DNA of 64,000 bases from a virus: positions 96,001-160,000 of IMG/VR virus record IMGVR_UViG_3300010224_000001; one strand, 5' to 3'. The first letter of the stretch is position 1. Every line of letters begins with the position of its first letter. Shown one piece after another: positions 9,828-19,791 of this stretch. The position numbers were made by a program, and so were the translations under genes. The notes under the pieces are model-generated. The model searched no databases and was not told where the DNA came from. It saw nothing but the letters and a program-made list of their open reading frames with translations.

Positions 9828-10427
9828 CTAACTTACGTGCAATAAAGCTTCATTTCTACGTTCTCGATAAAGCCTCATTTGGGCGTCTACAATTTTCGTA
9901 CGGATAATGTTCCGTTGTTGCATTGTGAAGTTAGAACCGTCGGAATCTAGGAAAAGGTTAACGGCGTCATTGACAACTTTCCGCAATGTGAGTTCGTCTG
10001 GGGTGTCCTTAGGGAACACAACGTCAAGCACATGTTGCGGTACATCTTTAACCGGTAGGTCGTACTTACTGAATTCACGGAAGACATCCTTGAACTGACC
10101 GTAGTACACATCGTGGTCGATGAACAGAACATTGTTAGCGCGATGATCGGTTAACTTCATGGTGTTCCAGTTAACATAATTCTCACGCATATTCATCCAG
10201 GTAATTTCCATACCAGGAACTGACCAGCCACGAGCAATCCAGTCATCAGCAGAACGCTTATCCTTCATCAGAACAGTGACTGCTTGACCGGACTGTGCAG
10301 CGGCTTTCGCCGCCTCCATCATGCGAGTAGTCCGGCCACTTTGACGCTTGTAGTAATCCATACCGAAATGTTCAAGTTTATCCTTGATCTCGGTAGGTGT
10401 TTTAGATTCTGGAAAATCCATCATCAT
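9828..10427 (-). CDS. hypothetical protein with degenerate P-loop
   Basis: KRQSGRTTRM followed by VLFIDHD. Confidence 0.6.
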   Translation of the reverse strand: MMMDFPESKTPTEIKDKLEHFGMDYYKRQSGRTTRMMEAAKAAAQSGQAVTVLMKDKRSADDWIARGWSVPGMEITWMNMRENYVNWNTMKLTDHRANNVLFIDHDVYYGQFKDVFREFSKYDLPVKDVPQHVLDVVFPKDTPDELTLRKVVNDAVNLFLDSDGSNFTMQQRNIIRTKIVDAQMRLYRERRNEALLHVS

Positions 10428-10439
10428 GTTGATTATCCT

Positions 10440-11939
10440 TTATGCGCTCAATGTAATTGGCGTGCCTTTAGTCAGGACGTACGGTGCAGCTTTGTCAACG
10501 ATCTTAGCAGCAGCTTCTGCACCAACCAGTTGATCATACCAGTACGGATGATACAGACCACGACGCATCTTCAGAAGGTCCATCGTCGACAGATAGGGAA
10601 CTGGATGCTCACCCAGCGTCCACCAGCCACGAGTATCAAGCAGAACGTCCCAGTCGTAACCTTTGGCTTTCAGATCATCGTAGAGCTGCTTAGGCGAGCA
10701 CAGAATGTTCTTACCATCCAGCTGTGGCCAATGTTCTTCCATCTGCTTCATCTGGCAAGTGATCTCGATCGCACGACACAGGCGAGGATCGGCATCGATC
10801 TTACCGCGGATAGTCGGACGAGTCAGTTTCAGAGCCGGGTAGATAGCTAGCCAGTAAGTAACGTTGTTACCTTCAAAACCATAGTCACGTTCCGAGATGT
10901 AGTGGAATTCCGTCAAAACTGGCAGAACACCTTCGGACTGCGAGCAAATGATTTGGTGGCTAATGCCGGATTGACCATTCTTACTACGCAGCTGTTTGAT
11001 CTTAACCAGAGTCAGGTCAGGATCAAGTTGACCATCTTGTTCTGATGCATTACGCGGGTACTTAGGCGATTTATCCGAACTGCTGTTAGTCAGGATAGTC
11101 GAGCTTTCGCACCACCAGCAATCGTGCATCGCAAAGGTAAAGCGAGCAGTCACGCCTTTCAGAGCACTGTCAGAACTCATGTGACGCAGCTGTTGCGGCG
11201 GCGGGGCGTGCGGCGAAGCACCAATCGTTTGATTTTGACCCACCTGAGCGACCAGCGACATGTAGTTATTCGCACCTACAGTCACACGCGGCATTTCCGA
11301 GATGAAGTTGGACTTCACCAGACCCAAACGCATGTTGATGATGTTTTGGTCTTTATTGCCCAGTTCGGTTTTATCACGCACCGCATCAACGTCATCAGTA
11401 TCGAATTCAGTGAAGCTGTCGACAATGGTGAACGTCGGTTTGAGCATCTTAAACATCGACAGACCGTCACGATCCACGAATGGCGAAGCAACATAGTTGC
11501 TCTTGTCTTTGCGCTTAGCTTCCATCCAAGCTTTGAACATGTCGAACCACTTGTTACCAGTATGCTTCTCTTTGTCAGTAACAATAAAGCGACCAGTTTC
11601 CATCGGATGGTTCAAACCAGTCATGGATGGGATCTTATCCACAGCTTGGTCAATCAGACGACGCACACGAGATTCACGGATGTTAATCTCAGTATCGTAC
11701 AGGCTACCGCCAAATTCACTAAACCGGCTCATGGCCGTGAAGTTCATCCAGTAAAGAATCGTTGATTTAAACAGGTTACCTTTACCAACGAACGACATAA
11801 TGTGCGACAGGCCGCCTGAGAGAATCTCCTCGCCATGTTTGCCAATGTAATACGTGCCGTTCAGGATATCGAATCCTGCTCCGACATTGATGCTCGGTTT
11901 AATGAAATCTACCGGCTCAAAAGTGGGCATTAAACTCAC
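10440..11939 (-). CDS. uvsX: UvsX/RecA-like recombinase (phiKZ gp152-like)
   Basis: Walker A GKGNLFKST, YDTE, Walker B TIVDSF; size and synteny. Confidence 0.8.
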   Translation of the reverse strand: MSLMPTFEPVDFIKPSINVGAGFDILNGTYYIGKHGEEILSGGLSHIMSFVGKGNLFKSTILYWMNFTAMSRFSEFGGSLYDTEINIRESRVRRLIDQAVDKIPSMTGLNHPMETGRFIVTDKEKHTGNKWFDMFKAWMEAKRKDKSNYVASPFVDRDGLSMFKMLKPTFTIVDSFTEFDTDDVDAVRDKTELGNKDQNIINMRLGLVKSNFISEMPRVTVGANNYMSLVAQVGQNQTIGASPHAPPPQQLRHMSSDSALKGVTARFTFAMHDCWWCESSTILTNSSSDKSPKYPRNASEQDGQLDPDLTLVKIKQLRSKNGQSGISHQIICSQSEGVLPVLTEFHYISERDYGFEGNNVTYWLAIYPALKLTRPTIRGKIDADPRLCRAIEITCQMKQMEEHWPQLDGKNILCSPKQLYDDLKAKGYDWDVLLDTRGWWTLGEHPVPYLSTMDLLKMRRGLYHPYWYDQLVGAEAAAKIVDKAAPYVLTKGTPITLSA

Positions 11940-12089
11940 TTTGTTTCTCCGCGTTAGGTTGTTTGTATTAAAAAAAGACTAAAAACTTGTGTACTGCACC
12001 AGACTATTGGTGAGGTTGATTTAATTTTATGTGATTCTGTTATAGGCGAATCATTGTTACTAACACATTCTTCTGACGGACGAACGACC

Positions 12090-12941
12090 ATGCGCCCAAA
12101 ATTTAAAATTCAACACGATCCGATGTCGGAACTGGATCGTCTCCGTAACAACGTAAGTATGGAAGCCATTAGCTTTGACGGTATCAAATCCGCACTCGCT
12201 GATTTCTTACCCGCAGTCAAAGAGAATTTCGAACGCTTTGCGAATAAGTTTTCGTCGCGTGAATTACCGATCGCACTGAAAGCTAACGAACGTGAGTTTA
12301 TTCAACTTCTGAATAAAACACAGTATTTGAAGATGACGTCATACGCAGTTTTCGTTCCGGAAGGTTTAGCTGTTCCTTATCTGGTTTATCTGGAAACTCT
12401 GAAAGACGCTGTTGATCACTGCTTCCAAACGACGGAAAAATCGCTCAACGAATTTACGACGTCGCTCGCACAAGTGATCACCAACCGCGAAGTTAAGTAC
12501 TACGTGGCTCCCATGAAGTCGAAGTTTGACGCAATGGAAAAGACTCGCGCTCTGTTAGTGAAACGTTTGGGCGAATGCTTTAACCAAACTTCTAACACGA
12601 CCGCAGCTTATGAAGACGTAGTTGCTCGTAACACTGAATGGTCACAAATCTTCTCCTTACTGGATGTGGTGTCGAACACGACTAACAAAATCAGTCACGA
12701 TCACCTGCATAAGAAGTCGGAAGAATGTAATATGTTACTCTCGACCATTATCCGTCAAATCCAAAATGGTGAATATACGGATGCGGGTCCTGAGGTAACA
12801 AACAACCTGTCCAATGGCGCCTACCAAGTCGCTTCTGAACTGGAATTCTTCTCGATGGTGTATTACCGCGTCATGACACTCAGCACAGCTATCGCTGATA
12901 CGGTCAATAAAGTTTCTGAGCAAGTTACGCAAGATAATTAA
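12090..12941 (+). CDS. virion (head) structural protein, phiKZ gp153-like
   Basis: divergent from uvsX; VSME|A prohead-protease-type site; TTTTATGT late-type motif upstream at about 12025. Confidence 0.65.
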   Translation: MRPKFKIQHDPMSELDRLRNNVSMEAISFDGIKSALADFLPAVKENFERFANKFSSRELPIALKANEREFIQLLNKTQYLKMTSYAVFVPEGLAVPYLVYLETLKDAVDHCFQTTEKSLNEFTTSLAQVITNREVKYYVAPMKSKFDAMEKTRALLVKRLGECFNQTSNTTAAYEDVVARNTEWSQIFSLLDVVSNTTNKISHDHLHKKSEECNMLLSTIIRQIQNGEYTDAGPEVTNNLSNGAYQVASELEFFSMVYYRVMTLSTAIADTVNKVSEQVTQDN

Positions 12942-12945
12942 ACAT

Positions 12946-13006
12946 ACGTCATAAATCCCCTAATGCCCTATTCCTTAAGTGGAGTAGAGTATTAGGGGAT
13001 TATGAG
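12946..13006. terminator. intergenic stem-loop between convergent genes (CATA...TATG family)
   Basis: ACGTCATAAATCCCCTAAT...ATTAGGGGATTATGAG. Confidence 0.7.
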
Positions 13007-13008
13007 CA

Positions 13009-13410
13009 TTACACGCCAAGTGTGGCGCGATTATTAAGGATGACAGCAACGTCTTTTTCCACGTCTTCAGTTTTACCATACACCATCCATTTAGGCGTAT
13101 TCTTAAGAATATTGCCGACAAGGCTGGTAATGGTTTCAGCGCTAAACTTGCAATCCACAGAAAGGTCTTGTTGACATACCTCCGATGAACTCTTGCCATT
13201 CCAAATGACCTTAGACAAGATAGCAGGAACAGCCAGAGCTTTATCGGTGGATTCTGATAGACTCAGCACCTGATTGAGCTTTTGATAAGTTTCTTGATCA
13301 AAATTGGTAACATCATTTATCAAAGCGACAAAAGAAACCACAAACATTTGGCGCTTTGTTTTCGCTGGTAAGGTGTCGTCGAGCATAGCTCCAATCAAAC
13401 GCCTGAGCAT
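13009..13410 (-). CDS. hypothetical protein
   Basis: 133 aa ORF with AAGGAG RBS. Confidence 0.7.
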   Translation of the reverse strand: MLRRLIGAMLDDTLPAKTKRQMFVVSFVALINDVTNFDQETYQKLNQVLSLSESTDKALAVPAILSKVIWNGKSSSEVCQQDLSVDCKFSAETITSLVGNILKNTPKWMVYGKTEDVEKDVAVILNNRATLGV

Positions 13411-13508
13411 GAGTACTCCTTCTGTAACATCCCAATATACTTAGCCAGAGGTCTTAGAACAATAGCTAAGGACAAAAAAATAGACTCCCATTACTGAGAG
13501 TCCGTTTT

Positions 13509-15026
13509 TCATGCAATGTCTGCTTTCTTCGGAAGGATGATCTTAAGGTTACTAAAATAACCGGCCCAGATCCCGATACCATCTTTAGTTTCAATGATGG
13601 TGGCGTGACGGAATGCTTGTGGCTCTTCAGACCAGGTTACTACTTTCACCACAGGTTCATCATCTTCGAGGCGACGCAGTGCGTTACGATCTAGCAGGTC
13701 AATGCCGAGAGAGAGTTTGATGTTGACTTGATCCAGCGTACCGTCCGGTCGCACAAACGAGATATCCGCTGGCAGGTCAGAATAACCTACCTTGAATTCA
13801 GGTTTTAGCTTCGTAATACGCTTCTCAACATCCTTCTTCGTCTCGATCGTCGTCTCATAAAGTATGGGAGTCAGGTCAGTGACAGTCAGGTAAGTTTCCT
13901 TAGCCAGATAGTCGTCAAGAGTCATACCCAAGGCACGGATTGCATCAATAGCACGCTGCGCAATGATGGGCTCACGCAGTTCTTTCATCAACGGTTCTTC
14001 ATCATGACCATGTAAGTCAAGACGATCCGAACGCGGACGCACCATGGTGAGTGGTCCCCAGTTGGTGATTTGCTTATGGATATCCGAACGATACAGGTAA
14101 TCCAGTCGTGCCAACATGATGCTATTTACGCCGTTAGCGATATCGCAGGTATAACGACGCAGGGTTTCCAGTGCTGGATCGACTTCTTTCATCCGCACTA
14201 ACGAGAAGGCACCATCTGCCATGCGCTTACCGCACATGTCGTCGTCTGTACCATGTTCGCCAAAGTAATACTCGCCTGCTGCAAAGTGTTCGATCTGGCT
14301 ATTGAAATACATACGACGATGGTTAAAGAAGGCGTGACGATTTGTCTCGTACTTCCAGTAACCTTGCGCATCAGTCAGTTTGATTTCTTTCTTCTCAATC
14401 CGGTTAGAAGAATGACGCATGCCGATGTAGGCCATCACGTCAGCCATCTCATTGCCGAAGTTACCATTGTGACCACGGTTCCATTCCAGCGATACTGCTG
14501 CGCCTTTAGCTTTCAAAGACTCGTATGCGGTCAAGAAACGTTTCCACAATTCGACGTTACCAGGTGGTCGACCGTCGCTCTTTACCCAGTTGTTCTTACG
14601 CCAGTTAAATGCAAACTGCAGGTTCTTGCAAACATACTCACTGTCCGTGCGGATTGTAACCAGCATCGCATCTTGTTCTAGCGCTAATTCCAGACCTTCA
14701 CAGGCGCCGCACAGTTCGCCGTAGTTATTCGTTAACTCTTGGTTAAACGAACCCCAGCCGTCGACGTATTGCAGTGGTGTGACAATCTTAACGTTCGGGT
14801 TTAATGCTTTCTCTGCTTTAGAAAGATAATCTTTAGCAGTCAGCACGTAGTCAGGATTACCCGTACCTTTTGTCGGTTCGACATCTTCAAAAATGTATCC
14901 ATGCATGCCCCAACCAGTAAACCCTGGATTTGGTCTTGCACTACCATCTGAGTGAAGCATTATTCCCTTAACTGCTTTGGGCTTTTCCTCATCAGTTTTG
15001 ACATCATTCTTTTCTTTGTTTGCCAT
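13509..15026 (-). CDS. ribonuclease H (phiKZ gp155-like); C-terminal part of the 743 aa fusion ORF, possible internal start at 15026
   Basis: HSDGSARPNPG, TNNYGEL, RTDSEY, NVELWK, WNRGHNGNFGNEMAD RNase HI motifs. Confidence 0.9.
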   Translation of the reverse strand: MANKEKNDVKTDEEKPKAVKGIMLHSDGSARPNPGFTGWGMHGYIFEDVEPTKGTGNPDYVLTAKDYLSKAEKALNPNVKIVTPLQYVDGWGSFNQELTNNYGELCGACEGLELALEQDAMLVTIRTDSEYVCKNLQFAFNWRKNNWVKSDGRPPGNVELWKRFLTAYESLKAKGAAVSLEWNRGHNGNFGNEMADVMAYIGMRHSSNRIEKKEIKLTDAQGYWKYETNRHAFFNHRRMYFNSQIEHFAAGEYYFGEHGTDDDMCGKRMADGAFSLVRMKEVDPALETLRRYTCDIANGVNSIMLARLDYLYRSDIHKQITNWGPLTMVRPRSDRLDLHGHDEEPLMKELREPIIAQRAIDAIRALGMTLDDYLAKETYLTVTDLTPILYETTIETKKDVEKRITKLKPEFKVGYSDLPADISFVRPDGTLDQVNIKLSLGIDLLDRNALRRLEDDEPVVKVVTWSEEPQAFRHATIIETKDGIGIWAGYFSNLKIILPKKADIA

Positions 15027-15740
15027 TACTTTTTTCCATTCAGGGAATTTATCATTGTTTAGACGGTAAGTAACCGCCGTAGTGGTCATTTGCAATTGAC
15101 GTGCAGCTTCAGCTATAGAAGGGTAGATAACGCCTTTTATAGATACAGGCATAGATGTTGCTTCTATACCCTTCGCTAAATTTGGTAAGCATTTTTCAAT
15201 CATAACGTCGCGATGTTCTTTCCATTGCTTCGTTATCATTTCCTTAAGAGCCGTCTTTAGATGAGGATTTTCATCTATTTTCTTCTTACTAGCTGCCGAC
15301 ATCTTAGCTAGCCTAGTTTCGTCGTACTTAACACCCAAGCTAGGCTTTCTAGCATCTGTTCCATAATTACATAAACGAGGATCTCCCTGAAAGGTGTCTA
15401 TGCATCTTTGTTCTAGATCGAAAGCTTCCTCTCGATTATTAGTCGGAATATAAAGGAATATAAACTTTCGAATCGCTGACGCATTAAATGCTTTTTGTAG
15501 TTTAGGGCATTCGTGTACGTCATTTTTTAGATCAGCAATGTGTTTGATTCTACGACGGTAGATATGATTGCTACTGCCGAAATACAAAGCTGGGTTATCT
15601 GGAATATAGATGGCATAAAGACCATCTGTTCGAACAAATTTTTTAAGATCACCAAAGCCGTAGGGATTTTCAGATTGTTGCGCTTTAACAATTTCCGAAA
15701 GCACCCAGGCTTTGATGTCTTCCGGGTATGATGAGATCAT
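15027..15740 (-). mobile_element. GIY-YIG homing endonuclease with NUMOD1-like HTH, in frame with RNase H
   Basis: GLYAIY...LYFGSS...RR..H...EQ catalytic domain; IKGVIYPSIAEAARQL DNA-binding motif; no stop before RNase H. Confidence 0.85.
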
Positions 15741-15811
15741 CTAGGTTTCTACGTAAGTGTAATACGACTACACAATTACGGAGTCACGTAAAAAACCTTT
15801 TTAGGACTAAA

Positions 15812-16225
15812 CTACTGCCTGCATAGAGCTTTATGTTCAGATTGTGCTTCGATCAACTCACGTCTAGTCTTACTAATGAATAGACGCAAGTCATCGATAT
15901 GCTTTCTTTCAATTCGTTCGATTGCAACTGCATTACCATTTGCAGCAATAATCTCTTTTAGCGGTAGCTCAGGCGCCGATCCCATTGCGGGATAATTAAA
16001 GTTCTTACACTTATCATCGTCAGCAGCTACCGCTACTGATTCCGTGTGCGGTTTAACGTCGTCGTCTGTGATACCAATAGTTGATGCTGCCAGGTTACCA
16101 GTATTGGCTGTTGCGGCTGGAAACTGATACGTGTTGAAGCTGTTATTAAAGCTGCTGCAACCGGCAATCAGTACCACAAAAAGAGATGATTGAATTAAAA
16201 AGGTGCGTTTCATTGATGTCCTCAA
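15812..16225 (-). CDS. lipoprotein (possible o-spanin)
   Basis: signal peptide with lipobox LIAG|C; 4 nt overlap with upstream membrane protein. Confidence 0.65.
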   Translation of the reverse strand: MRTSMKRTFLIQSSLFVVLIAGCSSFNNSFNTYQFPAATANTGNLAASTIGITDDDVKPHTESVAVAADDDKCKNFNYPAMGSAPELPLKEIIAANGNAVAIERIERKHIDDLRLFISKTRRELIEAQSEHKALCRQ

Positions 16226-16704
16226 TCGGTAATGGGATTGCGAAGTTCCTTTTCCTCACGCTGACGAATCTTTTCAAACTGTTGTTTGATCTGATCTACA
16301 TCAGCTTTTGAAGCGGGTCCTTTGTCCTCTTCCTTTTTAGGGCTGGGTTTTTTCTCTGTAGCCGGAGACTTTTCTTTGGCTCGTTCTTTATTGGTTTCTT
16401 TAATCTGAATCTGCTGTTCAAGACCATTTGCATTCGGATACTTGGAAGAACTCGTCACACGGTTGTAGCGTGCTTCCAGTTCTTTGTATCTCTTGTCTAA
16501 TGTCACGTATTGCACCGACATTGACACGAGACGTGGTACAGTGAGAAAGTTCAACCCGAACGAAACGATGATTAGAGTAATAAAGAAAACCTTCTTCTTA
16601 TTGTCTCTCAGTGCAGCAAGAAGAGATTTTCTTCCCAGGACCATTTCTCTAATGAAAGGCCACATGTAGGGAAGAACTTTCAAAAAGATTTTAAAAGCAA
16701 CCAT
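16222..16704 (-). CDS. membrane protein with coiled coil (possible i-spanin)
   Basis: TM segment VFFITLIIVSFGLNFLTV followed by coiled coil; AAAGGA RBS before ATG 16704. Confidence 0.6.
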   Translation of the reverse strand: MVAFKIFLKVLPYMWPFIREMVLGRKSLLAALRDNKKKVFFITLIIVSFGLNFLTVPRLVSMSVQYVTLDKRYKELEARYNRVTSSSKYPNANGLEQQIQIKETNKERAKEKSPATEKKPSPKKEEDKGPASKADVDQIKQQFEKIRQREEKELRNPITD

Positions 16705-16828
16705 TCGTTTTCCTTTTGGGTTATTGTATAGGCATGAGACCATTCTACTACCTTTTTGTCCATCTTACCAAATAGACAAGAGGTGATTTTTTTGATTATT
16801 ACCACGTCATAGACGGTAGGAGATTTCG

Positions 16829-18133
16829 ATGTACGTGATGAAAGGGTTCATTAGTAACACCGCTCTTACGAACAACACCCCCGGTGTCGTTGCTCGTATG
16901 GGTGAGTTGTCTCCTAAATCGAATACATACGCTCGAGAAAAAGGCGTATATGCAGATAAGGATCAAGCACCCAACCTAATGCTGACCAGTTTCCTCTCCA
17001 ATGATGGAACTTCGTCGGTCGCTGTTCCGCCTTTGATTGTCGCACAGATTTTGACAGTGGCAAATTTCGTCTACAGCACAACAACAGGCGCAGTTGATAC
17101 ACCTGCTACTGTATTGCTGGAGAACTTGATTGTCTCGTTCACAGGGAAAGCCGAAAATTTCCAATGTGGTACGATGATTGCTGATGATACACGTGCTTTG
17201 CCAGAGTGGATTTCCTGGAAGAGCGATGTAGACTCTAATAACCCGGATAACTTTATTAAGATCTGGTTTACCGACGATGCTTTCAGTGCTCAATATGACG
17301 AGTATGAAATCGTTGTCGTGCCACCTACTGATGTCTTAGATAACTTCTTTGGTTCCGGTACATCTGTTGGAACGTTCTTAAAAGCGCTGACGCCTACGAT
17401 CCACACGCAACGTTTGCAAGCGGCTCGTCAAGGTTATCCTGAGACAACGATTCGTACCGAGTCGTTCAATTACATTGACCCGGCAAATAGCGGCAATATC
17501 GTAGCATCGTTATGGGGTATTATCATCTACGGTGTTTCTGGTAATAATGATGACTCCATCAAAGATGCTTTGATGAATTACATCTTAGCCAATAGCACCC
17601 ATACTCGTGATGAGTGGATTAATATCCTGCCCGACATTTTCAAGCGGACAGAGTTCTTACTCATTCCGTTATGGGAGCAAGTCGCTATCTCAGGATTGCT
17701 GGTGAACGTTGGTATCTATTCACCGCAAATAAAAGTGACCACCGCTCTTGCCAAAGCAAAAGAGGTGGCTAATCTATACCCTGCGTCTCATATTGATTCG
17801 CATCTTACAGTCATGGTTCACCCTTACAAGTCGATTTCGATCCTCTGTATTGGTAGTCCGGACAATCGTGATGCGCTATATGAGCTGCCGCAAATCTTCC
17901 CTGATTTGATCGCAGTGGCTTCCACCAGTGTTGACTTTAACCGTATGGAAGCAGATACGCAGACCTGGGCGGAAGACTTAGAGAGCATGCTGTATGTGGC
18001 TGAAGAGATGGGTCAATTCACCACGGTGCCGGAAGATATGACCAAAATCAAACGTGGTAATATCCTCTACCTGGCAAAGAACTTTGGCAACATCAACTAC
18101 CTGGTCGCTGCTAAATCGAACTTCGATGCATAA
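16829..18133 (+). CDS. virion structural protein (phiKZ gp157-like)
   Basis: 434 aa ORF with AGGAG RBS; position relative to RNase H as in phiKZ-like phages. Confidence 0.65.
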   Translation: MYVMKGFISNTALTNNTPGVVARMGELSPKSNTYAREKGVYADKDQAPNLMLTSFLSNDGTSSVAVPPLIVAQILTVANFVYSTTTGAVDTPATVLLENLIVSFTGKAENFQCGTMIADDTRALPEWISWKSDVDSNNPDNFIKIWFTDDAFSAQYDEYEIVVVPPTDVLDNFFGSGTSVGTFLKALTPTIHTQRLQAARQGYPETTIRTESFNYIDPANSGNIVASLWGIIIYGVSGNNDDSIKDALMNYILANSTHTRDEWINILPDIFKRTEFLLIPLWEQVAISGLLVNVGIYSPQIKVTTALAKAKEVANLYPASHIDSHLTVMVHPYKSISILCIGSPDNRDALYELPQIFPDLIAVASTSVDFNRMEADTQTWAEDLESMLYVAEEMGQFTTVPEDMTKIKRGNILYLAKNFGNINYLVAAKSNFDA

Positions 18134-18147
18134 TGCGGGGTGATTAA

Positions 18148-18777
18148 ATGACCTACCTTAATCCTCCAGTTGGGATGGTCGGGACAATCTCATTAAACGC
18201 TCCGTTTACTAATGCGGTTGTTGCTAACCTTCCCTACACAGTTCGTTCTGTCTCATCGCTTAAGGCGCTTGCTGCTGATGGTAAGGATCCCTACGCGCTG
18301 TACTATCAAGACGCTGGTATCAGTGAAGATAAGTACCAAGAAGACTTAACGAACAATGTTTGCATTGTCTCATTAGAGTCGTCCTCTGGTGTGTGGGTGA
18401 ACGTTCCTAACAGTTATCTGGCAAGTTTGCCTTTGACTGGCGGCGTCCCTTACACGACTTATCTGGTAGCTGTGAACCTTGGCCTGTTGCCTGACAATTT
18501 AGATTTGAGTTATTTCAAATCTCAGTTGACTCAATTAGCCCACGACCTGATGGGTGTGGATAATGCAGAAGTAAAAGTGGTTGCTGCTTCTGCTACTCTG
18601 CATTTATCGCAAGCCGATGCTAGCACGATTGAAACTGCGCGTCAGACGGTGATGTCGAATATCACAACTGATCGTGCTTTGTATCTGCAAGAGAAGTCGT
18701 TACGTGAATCTGCGATTCAGCGCATTCAGATATTGGAACAGTACATTACTGACAACATCAGTAAGCTTACGGCATAA
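18148..18777 (+). CDS. probable virion structural protein
   Basis: 209 aa ORF co-oriented with previous gene. Confidence 0.6.
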   Translation: MTYLNPPVGMVGTISLNAPFTNAVVANLPYTVRSVSSLKALAADGKDPYALYYQDAGISEDKYQEDLTNNVCIVSLESSSGVWVNVPNSYLASLPLTGGVPYTTYLVAVNLGLLPDNLDLSYFKSQLTQLAHDLMGVDNAEVKVVAASATLHLSQADASTIETARQTVMSNITTDRALYLQEKSLRESAIQRIQILEQYITDNISKLTA

Positions 18778-18828
18778 CGTCATACACCCACTACTCTCCG
18801 GTACATTGGAGAGTAGTGGGTGTTATGC
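18777..18828. terminator. intergenic stem-loop between convergent genes (CATA...TATG family)
   Basis: ACGTCATACACCCACTACTCTCC...GGAGAGTAGTGGGTGTTATGC. Confidence 0.7.
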
Positions 18829-18837
18829 TGCTAATTG

Positions 18838-19626
18838 TTAGGAATGAGTCGAAGCATAAATAGCGATGCGACGCAATTCGTCATTAAGATCGGTGAAAAT
18901 CTTATCAAAGTAAGATGAGCTAAACTGAGTGACATTTTTACGAATATAAAGCGTAACGAAATCTTTCTCAGTTTTTGCACCTAAGTCAAAGACAATACGT
19001 GCTTCGTCATTTACGCGTACCGAGTACCATAAACGAGTCGAGGGATCGTCGTTGAACTTATAGGTAAAGAATGATGTACCATACATGCCTGTTTTTGCCA
19101 ATACCCAATCGTTATTTACGTCGATTGTTTCGGAAGATAACGAATTAACAGTAATTGGATAATCGCTAGATTCAATATCACCATCTCTTGTAATTGGTTT
19201 AATGAAACCACGGCAGATAATGCCAAATTCCATTTTGCCAGCAACACTTGGCGACATGTAGTTACCGAACAGTTTCGTTATGATGTCAGACAACAGTTGT
19301 GCTTGAGAGGTATCTTCGATTTTACGCCATTCTTCGCCATGTTTATCCTGGATGCTTTTACTACTGAATAAACCGAATGATGGTAAGACCTCATAGGGAG
19401 CAGAATTGATTATCTCCTTAAGTCTAGTCACCGCAGGACTGTCAACTTTACTTTCAATTGCAACCGATTCCTGTTTAGCTAATGCTGGGTGTCGTGCAAA
19501 TACATCCTTAATGGTTGCATAGCTTGCCAGGTTTAGCGCATTGAGATTCTCAATTTGCAAAGAGCGTTCCGCAATGGCTTTGAGTTCTTTTTGCAGAACA
19601 TTATTAAAAGCTTCGACATCACTCAT
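18838..19626 (-). CDS. hypothetical protein
   Basis: 262 aa ORF with AAGGA RBS. Confidence 0.65.
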   Translation of the reverse strand: MSDVEAFNNVLQKELKAIAERSLQIENLNALNLASYATIKDVFARHPALAKQESVAIESKVDSPAVTRLKEIINSAPYEVLPSFGLFSSKSIQDKHGEEWRKIEDTSQAQLLSDIITKLFGNYMSPSVAGKMEFGIICRGFIKPITRDGDIESSDYPITVNSLSSETIDVNNDWVLAKTGMYGTSFFTYKFNDDPSTRLWYSVRVNDEARIVFDLGAKTEKDFVTLYIRKNVTQFSSSYFDKIFTDLNDELRRIAIYASTHS

Positions 19627-19791
19627 TTGTTATTCCTTTTAATTGATGACAACATGCTCGTTAAATTTCGTACCATCTGGCAGCATGATGTTACGTTTAT
19701 CCAATACGCAAATTTCAGCAGTATTGAACGAACCATAACTGACAGCATAGTGAAAGATATATCGTATAGATAAACTAACACTTATTACGAA

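Noticed and set aside
9828-10427. Terminase large subunit call from the RQSGRTT motif
   Set aside because: Only 199 aa, Walker A lysine replaced, no nuclease domain
15027-15811. Group I intron or intein carrying the GIY-YIG domain
   Set aside because: The endonuclease is N-terminal to, not inside, RNase H; no intein C/HN termini and too little flanking non-coding sequence for an intron core
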